Part shown: piece after piece, positions 29,333 through 41,391 of the stretch
Layout: every line of letters starts with the position of its first letter
How positions within the stretch are numbered: the stretch's first letter is position 1
Assembly (NCBI GenBank): GCA_013265495.1
Contig: MU058289.1
Location: 1,795,451-1,859,450 of the forward strand
Direction of reading: 5' to 3'
Length of the DNA stretch: 64,000 nucleotides
Source of the DNA: Vicugna vicugna
Lineage: Eukaryota
The notes under the pieces: generated by a model
Told to the model about the DNA's origin: nothing
The model's database searches: none
The model's input: only the letters and a program-made list of their open reading frames with translations
Position numbers and translations under genes: made by a program

Positions 29333-29928
29333 TTTTTGTTTTTTGTTTTTAATTTAATTTAATTTAATTTTTAAACTGAAGTACAGTCAGTTACAATGTG
29401 TCAATTTCTGGTGTAAAGCATAACATCCTAGTCATGCATATACATACATATATTCATTTTCATATTCTTTTTCATTAAAGGTTATTATAAGATATTGAAC
29501 ATAGTTCCCTGTGCTATATGGAAGAAAATTTTTTAAAATCTATTTTTGTATATAGTGGCTAACATTTGTAAATCTCAAACTCCCAAATTTATCCCTTCCC
29601 ACCCCCTTTCCCCTGGTAACCATAAGATTGTTTACTATGTCTGCAAGTGTGTTTCCATTTTGTAGATGAGTTCATAGTGTCCTTTTTTTCTTTTTTCTTT
29701 TTCTTTTTTTAGATTCCACATATCATATGGTATTTTTCTTTCTCTTTCTGACTTATTCCACTTAGGATGACAATCTCTAGGTCGATCCATGTTGCTGCAA
29801 ATGGCATTATTTTATTCTTTTTATGGCTGAGTAGTATTCCATTGTATAAATATACCACAACTTCTTTATCCAGTCATCTGTCGATGGGCATTTAGGTTGC
29901 TTCCATGTCTTGGCTATTGTATATAGTG
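29333..29928 (-). mobile_element. Camelid-type L1 3' end with 13-bp TSD
   Basis: T-rich tail plus L1 3'UTR; perfect TSD agaagcaatattt at 29320-29332 and 29929-29941. Confidence 0.92.
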
Positions 29929-30239
29929 AGAAGCAATATTTGAATAGATAATGGCCAGGAGTTTTCCAAAGTTGATAAAATATATAAATTCACAGATTCA
30001 AGAAGCCCTTTGGAACCCTAAGCAGTATGAATACAAAGAAAATCCCACATTGGCACTTTAGAGTCAAACTGCCAAAAATCAAGAAATAAGAGATGATCTT
30101 AGAAGTAGCCAAGTAAAATGACCGCTTGCCTTCACTGGAACTATCATAAGACTTAGAGCTAACTTCAACAGAAACCATGCAAGCCAGAAGGCAATGAAAT
30201 AAAATCTTACAGCGCTGAAAAGCTAATCTGGAATTTTTT

Positions 30240-31820
30240 TAACATTTTTTATTGATTTATAATCATTTTACAATGTTGTGTCAAATTCCAGTGTTCAGCA
30301 CAATTTTTCAGTCATTCATGGACATATACACACTCATTGTCACATTTTTTTCTCTGTGATTTATCATAACATTTTGTGTATATTTCCCTGTGCTATACAG
30401 TGTAATCTTGTTTATCTATTCTACAATTTTGAAATCACAGTCTATCCCTTCCCACCCTCTACCCCCCTGGTAACCACAAGTCTGTATTCTCTGTCTGTGA
30501 GTCTATTTCTGTCCTGTATTTATGCTTTGTTTTTGTTTGTTTGTTTGTTTTTGTTTTTGTTTTTTAGATTCCACATATGAGCGATCTCATATGGTATTTT
30601 TCTTTCTCTTTCTGGCTTACTTCACTTAGAATGACATTCTCCAGGAGCATCCATGTTGCTGCAAATGGCATTATGTTGTCGGTTTTTATGGCTGAGTAGT
30701 ATTCCATTGTATAAATATACCACCTCTTCTTTATCCAGTCACCTGTTGATGGACATTTAGGCTGTTTCCATGTTTTGGCTATTGTAAATAGTGCTGCTAT
30801 GAACATTGGGGTGCAGGTGTCATCCTGAAGTAGATTTCCTTCTGGATACAAGCCCAGGAGTGGGATTCCTGGGTCATATGGTAAGTCTATTCCTAGTCTT
30901 TTGAGGAATCTCCACACTGTTTTCCATAGTGGCTGCACCAAACTGCATTCCCACCAGCAGTGTAGGAGGGTTCCCCTTTCTCCACAGCCTCTCCAGCATT
31001 TGTCATTTTTGGATTTTTGAATGACGGCCATTCTGACTGGTGTGAGGTGATACCTCATTGTAGTTTTGATTTGCATTTCTCTGATAATTAGTGATATTGA
31101 ACATTTTTTCATGTGCTTTTTGATCATTTGTATGTCTTCCTTGGAGAATTGCTTGTTTAGGTCTTCTGCCCATTTTTGGATTGGGTTGTTTATTTTTTTC
31201 TTATTGAGTCGTATGAGCTGCTTATATATTTTGGAGATCAAGCCTTTGTCGGTTTCACTTGCAAAAATTTTCTCCCATTCCGTAGGTTTTCTTCTTGTTT
31301 TATTTCTGGTTTCCTTTGCTCTGCAGAAGCTTGTAAGTTTCATTAGGTCCCATTTGTTTATTCTTGCTTTTATTTCTTCTAGGAGAAAATTTTTGAAATG
31401 TATGTCAGATAATGTTTTGCCTATGTTTTCCTCTAGGAGGTTTATTGTATCTTGTCTTATGTTTAAGTCTTTAATCCATTTTGAGTTGATTTTTGTATAT
31501 GGTGTAAGGGTGTGTTCTAGCTTCATTGTTTTACATGCTGCTGTCCAGTTTTCCCAACACCATTTGCTGAAGAGACTGTCTTTATTCCATTGTATATTCT
31601 TGCCTCCTTTGTCGAAGATGAGTTGACCAAAAGTTTGTGGGTTCATTTCTGGGCTCTCTATTCTGTTCCATTGGTCTATATGTCTGTTTTGGTACCAATA
31701 CCATGCTGTCTTGATGACTGTAGCTCTATAGTATTGTCTGAAGTCTGGGAGAGTTATTCCTCCAGCCTCTTTCTTTCTCTTCAGTAATGCTTTGGCAATT
31801 CTAGGTCTTTGATGGTTCCA
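30240..31820 (-). mobile_element. Young 5'-truncated L1 (~1.58 kb) with 16-bp TSD
   Basis: 3'UTR plus uninterrupted ORF2 C-terminus; TSD taatctggaatttttt at 30224-30239 and 31821-31836. Confidence 0.95.
30564..31820 (-). CDS. L1 ORF2p C-terminal remnant (418 codons, open; no EN or RT domain, not an expressible gene as such)
   Basis: [10 protein letters not shown]...[21 protein letters not shown]...WNRIESPE...[18 protein letters not shown] (CCHC-type motif); the first 34 codons of the 452-aa track ORF are flanking sequence with a TTG start. Confidence 0.9.
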   Translation of the reverse strand, partial: WNHQRPRIAKALLKRKKEAGGITLPDFRQYYRATVIKTAWYWYQNRHIDQWNRIESPEMNPQTFGQLIFDKGGKNIQWNKDSLFSKWCWENWTAACKTMKLEHTLTPYTKINSKWIKDLNIRQDTINLLEENIGKTLSDIHFKNFLLEEIKARINKWDLMKLTSFCRAKETRNKTRRKPTEWEKIFASETDKGLISKIYKQLIRLNKKKINNPIQKWAEDLNKQFSKEDIQMIKKHMKKCSISLIIREMQIKTTMRYHLTPVRMAVIQKSKNDKCWRGCGERGTLLHCWWECSLVQPLWKTVWRFLKRLGIDLPYDPGIPLLGLYPEGNLLQDDTCTPMFIAALFTIAKTWKQPKCPSTGDWIKKRWYIYTMEYYSAIKTDNIMPFAATWMLLENVILSEVSQKEKEKYHMRSLICGI

Positions 31821-32284
31821 TAATCTGGAATTTTTTAACCAATAAAAATACTCATCAGTAACAACAGTTAATTGAGGATATTTAAAAATAGACAAAAAGT
31901 GAGAGCATGTGTTAACTAGCAAATATCCACTAAAGGAAATTCTTTTGGCCAGAGAGAAAAATTACCGCAGATGGAACTTTAGAAATGCAGAAAGGAGTGA
32001 ATGCAGAAAGCAGCAGAAAGAGTAAATAAGTGGGTAAATTTAAATGAATAGCGACCAAAATAATGTGTTGTGGGATTTTAAATACATTTAATTTTTTTAA
32101 ACAAAATATATGTAAGAATTCATTTGTATGGTAACAATAGAACAAAAAAGTGTGAGGGAGTGAATAGAGTTAAGATACATATTTTTGTTTAGGTCTGTTT
32201 GGGCATAGGTTAATATATTATTCAAGAATTAGTAAAATTACTAATCTATTTTAGATTTTTATAAGTTAAGGATTCATGTTATAA

Positions 32285-32605
32285 TGTCTTAGTCTGCTTG
32301 GGCTACTATAACAAAATAACAGACTGGGTGGCTTAAACAATAGAAATTTATTTTCTCACAATTTTGGAGGCTAGAAGTCAGAGATTAGGGTACCAGCTTT
32401 CTCTCTGTGTCCTCAGATGTCAGAAAGAGAGAGAGCTCTCTGTTGTTTCTTCTCATAAGAACACTAGTCCTATCAGATCAGACCCTTATGATCTCATTTA
32501 ACCTTAATTACTTCTGTAAAAGCCCTGTCTTCAAACACAGTCACATTGGGGGTTGGAACTTCAACATATAAATTTGGTGGTGGGGGACACAATCCAGTCT
32601 ATTAC
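32285..32605 (-). mobile_element. MaLR MLT1A-like solo LTR (internally shortened)
   Basis: tgtcttagtctgcttgggct...cagactgggtggcttaaacaa...cacagtcacattgggggtt...ttaca. Confidence 0.85.
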
Positions 32606-33689
32606 ATAATCTCTAGGGTGTAGCCTCTAAAGGAGTGGTCAAAAATATCTATATAACTAACAAGCTAATACTAGAGGAAGAAATGACATGAAAATAATCA
32701 CTCCCAAAGAAAACAAAGAAGATGAGGCAGAGAGAAAATGAAATAAAACACTGTAGATTTAAATCTAAATATGTAAGTAATTAAGCTAAATGTAAATGAA
32801 CTAAGCATTGCCATCAAACTACAAAAATTGTCAGGCCAGATAAATAACAGAAAACCAGCCAACACATTGAGACACACCTTAGGCATAAGAATAGGAAAGG
32901 TAGCAGGAACAAAGATGGAAAAAGCTATACCATGCAAACAATGACTAAAGAGATAGTTGGGAGGCAGAAAGATAAATATTGCTAATGTAACCACACAAAT
33001 TTGCTACTATCAGTAGCAGTTAGTGGAAAATATATTTTCCTGACTTTTATTGAATCAAATTGGCTGTTCTTACATGCCTTTGTAGCTAGCCATTTTCTTA
33101 AAGCACGATCACACTCTGTCTTATCCACAATGCCACCTGTATCAAGGAGTCAGGTGCTGAGAGCCTCCTGCCAGCCTGCAAACCATGCTGTTGAGTCTGG
33201 CGATCTTTGTGTCATGTGCAGGCACTAGACTCTTTCTTTCCATTCACCCCGTGTTTGCTGAGCTTTGCCAAAGGTCAGGTTCAGTGTTGGGCAGTGCCTG
33301 TCCTAGTGGAGTTCACAACTCCAGAGAGAGAGAGGCATACAAGGAGAGGACCTCACAGTCTCTAAGTCTTCCCTGTAGCAAATGCATCGGTGCCTGATGA
33401 GAGAGAGACCCATTCTTCCTGGAGAATGGCTTGCCTTTCTCCCTTCCCCAAATATTTATTGAGCACCTGCTATGTGCCAGGCTCATCAACGTGTTCTTTT
33501 GTTTTTGTTTTTTTCTGACCTAAGACCGTATTCTTACCAAAATACTATGACATCTTTAAAAAAAAAATGTGGGGAAGATTTTTCTCACTGGTCACTGAAT
33601 TTTGCAAAATACTTATAAACACAAGAGCAAATGGGCAAATACAGAGGCCAAGGTAGGAAGAAGGGGAAAGGAAGGGACACCAACCTTTA

Positions 33690-33870
33690 CAGAGCCTTCA
33701 TTTTTATTATCTCACTGATCCCAAAATAACCTAAGGTGGGAGGTATGGATACACTTTACAGATCAGAAATTCAGGCACAGAGAGGTCAAGTAATTTGCCT
33801 GGAGGCCCCAGCTTACAAATTGAGGAACTGATCTATAGATACCAAGTCTTTTGACTCTTGGTTCAGTGTT
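33690..33870 (-). mobile_element. MIR SINE
   Basis: tttacagatcagaaattcaggcacagagaggtcaagtaatttgcc. Confidence 0.7.
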
Positions 33871-34377
33871 CTTCCTACCCCAGGCAGTTGAGTAGTAGGT
33901 GTCCTAAAGATCTTCTACATTTGTGGAGCCCCTGGGCTTGGCAGTGGCATTTGTGGATCAATGTGAGGAGACTGGGGGAACACATTTCTGCCTCTGTGTC
34001 TGCTATGCTGATGGGCTGAAATGCCCAGATGTCCCTGCTGGGGTTGGAGGCTGGTGCCTCCTCCACCCACGGCTCACCCTTTGGCCTCCCTATCTTTGGG
34101 ACTTTGTACCAGCCTCTTGTCTGCTGGCAGATGATGACGTAGAGCATCTGAAGGTGGGTGAAGGCCTTTATCCTTGTGAGTGACCCTCTCATCATGAGGG
34201 TCCTTGCATTTGCTTGACATTTTTCAGAAGTTTTCATACTCACTAAGAACCTGCATCTGCAGGGATGGCACTGGTGGAAGGTGTTCACCTAGTCTTTTGG
34301 GCCAACAGTGTAGCTTCAGAACCAGATAGGAGAAAAGAGAAGAGAAAACCATTCATGGGTGTCTTAATATGCATATC

Positions 34378-34702
34378 TTCAATACCATAGACTGGATGGC
34401 TTAAACAGCAGAAATTTCTTTTCTCAAAGTTCTAGAGGTTGAAAGTCTGAGACCAAGATGCCAGTATGGTCAGGTTCCGGTGAAGGCTCTCTTCCTGGCT
34501 TGCAGAGGACTGCCTTCTCACTGAGTCCTCAGTGGCAGAGAGAGTGAGCTCGCTGGTATCTTAATAAGGCCACTAATCCCATCATGAGGGCCCCACCCTC
34601 ATGATTTCATTTAACCAAATTACCTCCCAAAGGTCCCTTCTCCAAAGAAATTAGAGGTTAGGGCTTCAACATAAATCTGGGGGGACACAGTTCAGTCCAC
34701 AA
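34378..34702 (-). mobile_element. MaLR MLT1A-like LTR
   Basis: aataccatagactggatggcttaaaca...ggtgaaggctctcttcctgg...cactaatcccatcatgagggccccaccctcatga...gggggacaca. Confidence 0.85.
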
Positions 34703-35949
34703 CCATTGGCTTTTTTGCCAATGGCAAATCTCTTCATTTCTTGCCAGGGTGTTGAGCATATAATGATTACAGAGGTAGAAAGGAAAAGCACCTGTCCTAC
34801 TGCCTGTCCTTTTCCTTTTGTCTTTTTAGGGGACTTTTGGCAGGTTCACAGCCAGGGATCAGGAGGGGCCACTCTCCCTTACTGAGGAAAATGGCCCCAG
34901 GCAGGCTGCATGCTGTTTCTCCGGGTGAGTTTAGTGCAGGGGGACCAGATGTCCCAGGTGGTGTTGCGCATGTATTTAGACAGCTGGAAACCTAAGGAAG
35001 GTGGCTGCTGTTCCTGTCTGAAGGTCAAGTCATTAAGTGGCATTTATATCTTTTAGCTTTCCAAATTAGCTTGTTTTTAAACCTCCAAAGTTTGAACCTT
35101 GTAGGTTTAGCTGTTGAAAACAAAGATGCTATAGAGGCTGTTGGCCAATTTTCCCTTGGATGGACTTGGATGGGCAGTCTCTCTGCCCCAGCCCTACTCT
35201 CTCCTCTCCTTAGGAGAACCCAGCGACTAGATCTTTCTTTTTGGGACCCAGCCACCTAGTCTCTAGTAGGACCTCACCCTTCGTGCTGCAGGGCTCCAAG
35301 TGGAGGCTCAGATGCCCAGCCCAGTCCCGCCTCAGGTGCTGGGCCTGCACCACGGGTCTGAGTGGGAGTGCCCAAGCCTCCGTGCTTTTAATAGGCTGAG
35401 GATACCTGCTGCTTGACTTGTGACAGCTTCTGACCAGCCTGGACCTAGACTTGTCCCTTGACTGAACTCTGGTCCTGGCTTCTGATTGGTGACGCCCCTG
35501 TCTCCATTTCCTGGTGTCCCTGAACCACTGCTGACTCTTCCTGGCTTCCCTGGCTACACCTCCCGCACACACATCCCTCTCGCTAGAGTGTGAGCAACTG
35601 TCCTGGGTCTTCCTGGGACCTGCTCCCACCCTCCCCGCCCTGCAGGGATGCCCCTGTGACCACATCTACCAGGTGGCTTGTGAGGAGGCCAGTGAAACCT
35701 TCAGGGAGGGCAGCGTGGGTGGGGTGCTTCAGCAAAGCTGGAGGGTGTGGACTGCTCTGTTGTGGCCTAGAAACAAGGTTTTTACAGAATGGCCCTGTCG
35801 TGCGTGCTCTCCCAGTCCCTGACGCTTCTTGGTGGGAGGATGGATTCACGCACAGCTGAGTAATGAAAGCCAGCACTTCCTGTTTTGATGGCTCAGCTTT
35901 GACAAAGTGGCACCAAAACAGCTGGCTCAAGCTGGCCCATGTCAGGGGG

Positions 35950-36150
35950 TACTCTGGGGCAAAAGCAAGGACTTCACACATGCTGTCTTTTTTAGCTCTC
36001 ACCACCACCCTGTGGGGCCCATAGTGCTATCTTTCTGAAAACTGAGTCTCAGAGAGGTTAGGTATCTTGGCCACAGTCACACAGCACATCCATGACAAGG
36101 TACCATTCATAACCAGATCCACTGAGGCCAAGGCTCTCAGGACACTAGGC
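35950..36150 (-). mobile_element. MIR SINE
   Basis: gaaaactgagtctcagagaggttagg..cttggccacagtcacacagc. Confidence 0.65.
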
Positions 36151-37886
36151 TGGCGTGCACCCCTTCTGTTGCTCCACACAGTACAGGCTCAGGGTAGGAG
36201 TGGGGAACTGACATCTGCAAAGATATCTAGTCTTTTCTTCTTTGAAAAAATACATCACTCTGCACATCTTCAAGTGTGACTGTGTTTCACATCTTTGTAG
36301 ACCTTGACAAATGCAGAATATGACGGACAAAGGGGCGCAGTGGGAGCTCCCTGGCAGGTTAACAAACCAGCGAAGTTGAGGGGGGGTCTTCTCACCCTGC
36401 CTCAGTGCCTGGAGCTTCTCTGAGCCCAAACCCAGATGTTGAGACTCTGCTTTGATGCCCACCAGGGCTGTGCCCACACTCGGGTCTGGGTCCCTGGCAA
36501 GTAGACCTTTGCCTTCACCGAGTGATGGTGTATCCCAAGGGATACGTTTGCTCTAAACAGCACCTTCTGAGACCCAGTGCCGCCTCTGGGAGTGATGACA
36601 CCCAGTTTCATAGAATCCAGAGATGGGCTTCCTGGTCAGACCCCTTCTGGGACAGAGAAGGGATCTCCACTCAGCAACCACTGGACCCAGCTCACCCCTC
36701 CCTCCCTCGACCTCCCAAATGCCCTTTGTTGCAGAAAGAGCCCCGCATCCCAAGCCCCCTGACCGCTGGCAGCCACATCTAACCAGCCACCACTCCCAGC
36801 TTCCTGGCTGCCCCCGCATCGGGCGCCGGGCCAGGCTCACAGACAGCGGCTGGCCTGACGAGGTGGTGGCCGGGGGATGGTGACCGTGGCTGATTGAAGT
36901 CCCCATTTCCCTTGTACAAAGGCAGCATAATTAATCAGGCAGTAATGAATTCAGGTACCACTGGCTTGTCACCTCAAGAGATAGGCTATCTGAAAGAGCT
37001 GGAATCCAGAAGAGTTAATCAGGTCACCATTAGAATTTTTCAGTATTAAATGTTAATATTAAGTGGAAGATTTATAGGAATTTAACCAAAATTTGGTCTG
37101 TCGACCTTCAGGAACCCCTATCCCCCTTTCTCCCTTTCTCTCTCCCTATGGCTCTCCGGGCAGGGGAACCAGGAGTGGGTGGGCCTCTGGCTGACTCTGG
37201 CCGACTCTGGCCCTCCACCCGAGGCTGTCTTTGCTCAGGGGTGACTCTTCCCTTGTGCACCTGTTACTCAGCATCCTCTGAAGTGGGGCCATGCGAAGGA
37301 GGAAAGCTTATGCTCCCCAGCACTCTGCCTCCAGCAGCTCGGGCAGTGGACCAGGGCGCGTGCGCTGTGAAGCGGGCAGGGGTTTTGGGAGGAGTGCTGC
37401 AGGCTGTGGCTGGGACCTGACTGCGCCGGCCTGAGCTCTCTTCTGCTTCCAGGAGCAGCCAGCCCAGGAACGCACCTGGGCCGTCACAAAGCAGGGATTC
37501 TGATCTGAGCTCAAATCTCTGTCTTCTCAGGGCCCCACCGGGAGTTGGCATCTGTCAGCGCAGTGGGATTAAATACAGTGGCGATTGTGAGCCACCTTGC
37601 TTGTGGCTTGTACACAGTAGGCCCTCAGCTGAGGAAGGCTCTTGCAGGTGGGGCCCCTAGAACCCTGAGCCCTGGGCTGAGGCCAGGCCTGGGACTAGCC
37701 CACCGGAGGCTGCGCAGCTCCAGGTGGAAGCCCCAGCTGGCTGTGGGGCCCGAGATGTAGTGTGTGCCAGGGTCCCTGGCAGCACTTGTCACTGCCAGGT
37801 CAAGATCAGCGATCCCCAAAAGTCCCAGGAATACTGAGAAGGCTTCCCAGGAGAGGTGCTATTTGATCTCTTTTAAAGGAGTATGC

Positions 37887-38040
37887 TGGGGCGAGAGTAT
37901 GCTATAGATCACTGGTTGAGCACATGCTCAGCGTGCACAAGGTCCTGGGTTCAATTCCCAGCACCTCCATTAAAAATAAAATTAAAACAAATAAATAAAT
38001 AAACCTAATTACCTCCACTCTCTAAAAAATATATATATAA
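37887..38040 (+). mobile_element. Vic-1-like SINE with 13-bp TSD
   Basis: tatagatcactggttgagcacatgctcagcgtgcacaaggtcctgggttcaattcccagcacctcc, (taaa)n tail; TSD taaaggagtatgc (37874-37886)/taaaggaatatgc (38041-38053). Confidence 0.9.
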
Positions 38041-38194
38041 TAAAGGAATATGCCAGAACCACTGGGTGTCCCCAAGCCACTGTGTCCCCAATACAGAGTG
38101 AATGGGTGGCTTGAAATCCCATGTATCCTGAGCACCTACTGTGTGCTCAAGCAGAGAAGCAAGTGATAGGGTGAAAAGACCAACTGTTCATTTT

Positions 38195-38870
38195 TTTTAA
38201 CGGGCAATTCACAGAAGAGGCATGCAAAATGGCTTGTAAATTGATTTAAAAAAAAAAAGATGCTCAGTCCTGCCTAATCTTAAGGAAAACGCAAGTTAAA
38301 TAAGGTAACATTTGTCAGTCATCAAATGGGCAAAAATTTACAAGCCTGACGGTATCAGGTACTAGTGAGGACGTCAGGATACTGCTCTCAGATGCTACCT
38401 ATTGGTGCAACTGCTTTGGAGGGCCGAGCCGTTGCCTTTAGAACTAGAAATATGCATACCCTCCAACCCAGCAATTTCCTTTCTGCTTTGTCTACCCTCA
38501 AGAAACATGTATGTGCACAGGGAGAGAATCGCTGCACCAGCCTTTGTGATAGCAGAAACCTTAAATGCCCATCAATATTGGAATGTCTAAATAGATTAAG
38601 GCATATTCACAGCATGGAGTTTTATATGGCAATTTAAAAAAATTGAGTTGGACCTATACGAATGCAAATAGATCTCAAAGATGTATTATTGAGTGAAAAA
38701 AATCTGCAGAACAATATAGATATGGTTTATGTAAAAAAAAACCAACAACAAAACTCATCAATGACAACTAATACTGCATAGTTTTAATGGAGTCCCCTGT
38801 ATGTTGCAAAAGCATAGAACAAAAGTCAGAAGGAATGTATCCAGACTCAGAAGTTACCTTTTAGAAGGCT
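38195..38870 (+). mobile_element. Old L1ME-type ORF2 end/3'UTR fragment
   Basis: ggcaattcacagaagagg, attggtgcaactgctttggaggg, acccagcaatttc, aaatgcccatcaata. Confidence 0.65.
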
Positions 38871-40411
38871 GAGGGGTCAGGGATCATAGGAGTTCCGTGA
38901 GGGCAGATGGCAGGGGCGCAGCTTGAGCTTTCTCTACAGTGCTATAGATTTTGGGGAGGCAAACGGGTTAATGTACCTCGTGTAGAATAGAGATTAATTT
39001 TTAAAAGAGTTTGGCTAGGAGAAACAGACAGTGCATCTGGGGGCGGTTGGCAGAATACAACGTGAAGAGCTGAGAGAATGGCTGAGAAGGAATGGAAGTG
39101 AGCAGACGATGAGCAGACGCCCTCCGGGGCTTGCCGAGGGGAGGAGAGGGAAGGGGAGCCTGGGAAGGCCAGGGAGCCTGAACACACAGAAGGGACCGCT
39201 GGGGAGGGAAGGTGCAGAGCTGGGCTTATGATTGCTTTGTCCTTGGCCAGGCTGGGAGCACCACACACAGAGATGCATTTCCTGATGCTTAAGTTTCCAG
39301 CTGTGACAACCAAGATTCTTCCCCGCACCCCTCCTATCCTCCGTTTAAACTGGCGATCTGTTTCTCCTGCTGCTCAGACAGGAAGCCTTGATTATTTTAG
39401 CATAAGGACCCAGAATTAAAAGTCAGTGCTGCTTCTCTTGGGGTGTGATGGAGATGTTAGCTCTCTTGATTGTGGTGGTGATTTCATGGGTGTATATATA
39501 CATCAAAACTCATCAAATTGGACATCCGAACTATGTGTAGTTTACTGTGCAGGAATCATACCACAATAAAGGTGTTAACAAATAAATAAATAAATAATAA
39601 AATTCAGTGCTGCTGACCCCTCTAAAAGCATCATCCACAGGAAGTGGACTCTGGTCCTGGGCACACCTTTGCTGGCCAGGGCTGCCCCGTAGGGCTGGAG
39701 GTCTGCCTCTCCTGGGTCACGCTCAGGGGTCCTCAGGCTTACAGGTGGTGGTGGTGGGAGTCTTAGTTGCAGCCACCTGGCCAACCTTCAGCCCTGAGCT
39801 CAGCATCCCTGCACGGAGTTAGGCCAGAGGAATGTGCAAAAAGGATTGCAAAACCAAACTTATCTCCAAGGCTCCACAGTACGTGGGCTTTGGAGTCCGA
39901 GCTGACTTATTATGCCAGCTCAGCCCCATGGCTCGTGGGTATAACTTCGTGCAACCTCAGATTTGCCGGCAGGGTTTCTGGGAACAAAGCAAAATAAAAT
40001 ACGTGGAACTCTCTACTCCATGAATGGCACCCGGTAAGTGATGATGGTGGTTGGAAATAATGATGCTAACAATACATCTCCTCCTGTCTCTTCAAGACCT
40101 TTATCAGAACAGCAAATCTTTACATACTATGAATGTGATTTCTGATGTACTGAGAATAGCTTATTCTAGTGTGATGTACAAGAGAACTCTTTTAATCAGT
40201 AACTCATCCCCATCCTGGGTTTCTTAAAAGTGGAGTTTTATTGTTTCAGAAATCTTTATGAAGAGAGACCCCAGTGAAACTGGATTGAGAAGGGCCAGTA
40301 AAGAAATTGCTTCCAGCCTTCCAGGGGAGGGATGGCTGCTCCCCTGCTGTGTTATCTGGTCCAGGTGGGACCCCACAGAGCTAGCAGGGCATCCGTCATT
40401 CCCCACAGCAA

Positions 40412-40560
40412 GGCCAGGACCAGGGAGAGGTGAGTAAGGCCCTGGCCTGGGGGCAAAATTTAAGGAGGTGCCAAAAAACTCAGTAATCAAGATAAATAAT
40501 ATTTTAATGCAATATATTTTTAATAAGAATTAATGCAAAAATATCTGCGGTGACAAAATG
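40412..40560. mobile_element. Non-autonomous hAT DNA transposon fragment (MER96-like)
   Basis: gcaaaatttaaggaggtgccaaaaaactcagtaatcaagataaataatattttaatgcaatat; family name from recall. Confidence 0.55.
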
Positions 40561-41335
40561 TCACCACTTTATACCCTGGCTTCCAGCCCCATCCTACCCC
40601 ATCAGCAGCTGTCAGGCTCCTGACATCCTCCTTTCTGGGCTCTCTGGGGCACAGCTAGTCTGCCCGGGTCTGGGGGAAGGCTGCTGAGAAGTGGACTCTG
40701 TGACTTCCCTCCCATCAGCCTGGGGAGGAGCTAGGAACCCTTTCTGGACAATTATCTTTTGAGTGTGTGTGTATGATTTTTTTTTTGAATTTTTATTTTT
40801 TGGTTACCCTGTTGAAGAAAGGAGAGATTTAAACCAAATAAAGCATCAAACAAGGAATGGGAACGTGCGAGCTGACGGTAGAAAAAGCAGATTTGAAAAC
40901 TGTTTTCAGAAAACCTCCTACTGTCTACTGTCTGATCTTTCAGAAAATAGTCGAGGGTTTGCAAAACCAAGAACAGCTTTTCAGTTTTACATGCCTTCCC
41001 TTTCCCCCAACAATACTGCTGCAGTAAATACACGTTCAGGGTACATCCTGTCTGCACCGCTAGGACCTAAGCATTCTGTACATCCGACTTGAAAGAAAGC
41101 TCAGCTGATTTGCTTTCAGATGCTACCCATCTCAATCTTAGGTACATCTGTCCATCCCTGGCTGATGAGTCCGGATGCCCAGCCAGCGAGGATATTTCCA
41201 CCCAAGAAGAGGCAGGAAACAGCTACAGTCTAGAAGACATTGGTTTGATGAGACAATCCATTAGTTGGTTGAACCCCCTCCAAAAGAAATGGGATTAGGG
41301 GAAACAAAACCTTTTTCTGCAAGTTGGAAGTTGTG

Positions 41336-41391
41336 TGACAATCCCTTTTTGCTGCAATAAAATTGACAATCCCTTTTTGTTGCAATAAAAT
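41336..41391. repeat. 28-bp tandem duplication (2 copies, 1 mismatch)
   Basis: tgacaatccctttttgctgcaataaaat / tgacaatccctttttgttgcaataaaat. Confidence 0.95.

Larger units (their letters stand above)
27975..32995 (+). mobile_element. Old L1M 5' half (5' region, ORF1, start of ORF2), interrupted by four younger insertions
   Basis: A-rich ORF1-like remnants (agcagattagacacagatgaagaaagg, gtcccagaagaaga, cacagattcaagaagccc, gaagccagaaggcaatg-like) and ORF2 start (aaatgtaaatgaactaa). Confidence 0.7.

Noticed and set aside
31066..31626. 186-aa hydrophobic + strand ORF
   Set aside because: Antisense shadow frame of L1 ORF2
30564..31922. 452-aa ORF as a host or domesticated gene
   Set aside because: It is the C-terminus of a 5'-truncated L1 bounded by a TSD; the first 34 codons are flank and the start is TTG
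34703..34724. Perfect 8-bp hairpins (also 5022-5041)
   Set aside because: Stems this short are expected by chance in 64 kb; no miRNA- or snoRNA-scale structure seen
35071..35259. RLDLSF peptide resembling a leucine-rich repeat
   Set aside because: Only six residues; surrounding sequence lacks LRR periodicity and supporting exon boundaries
36575..36595. CTCF-like motif on minus strand (cccagaggcggcac)
   Set aside because: Partial match only; cannot be supported without matrix scoring or ChIP data
37185..37213. Short tandem units (ctctggc(t/c)ga x3; also acccccgctgg at about 42901-42927)
   Set aside because: Ordinary slippage duplications without spacers; not CRISPR-like
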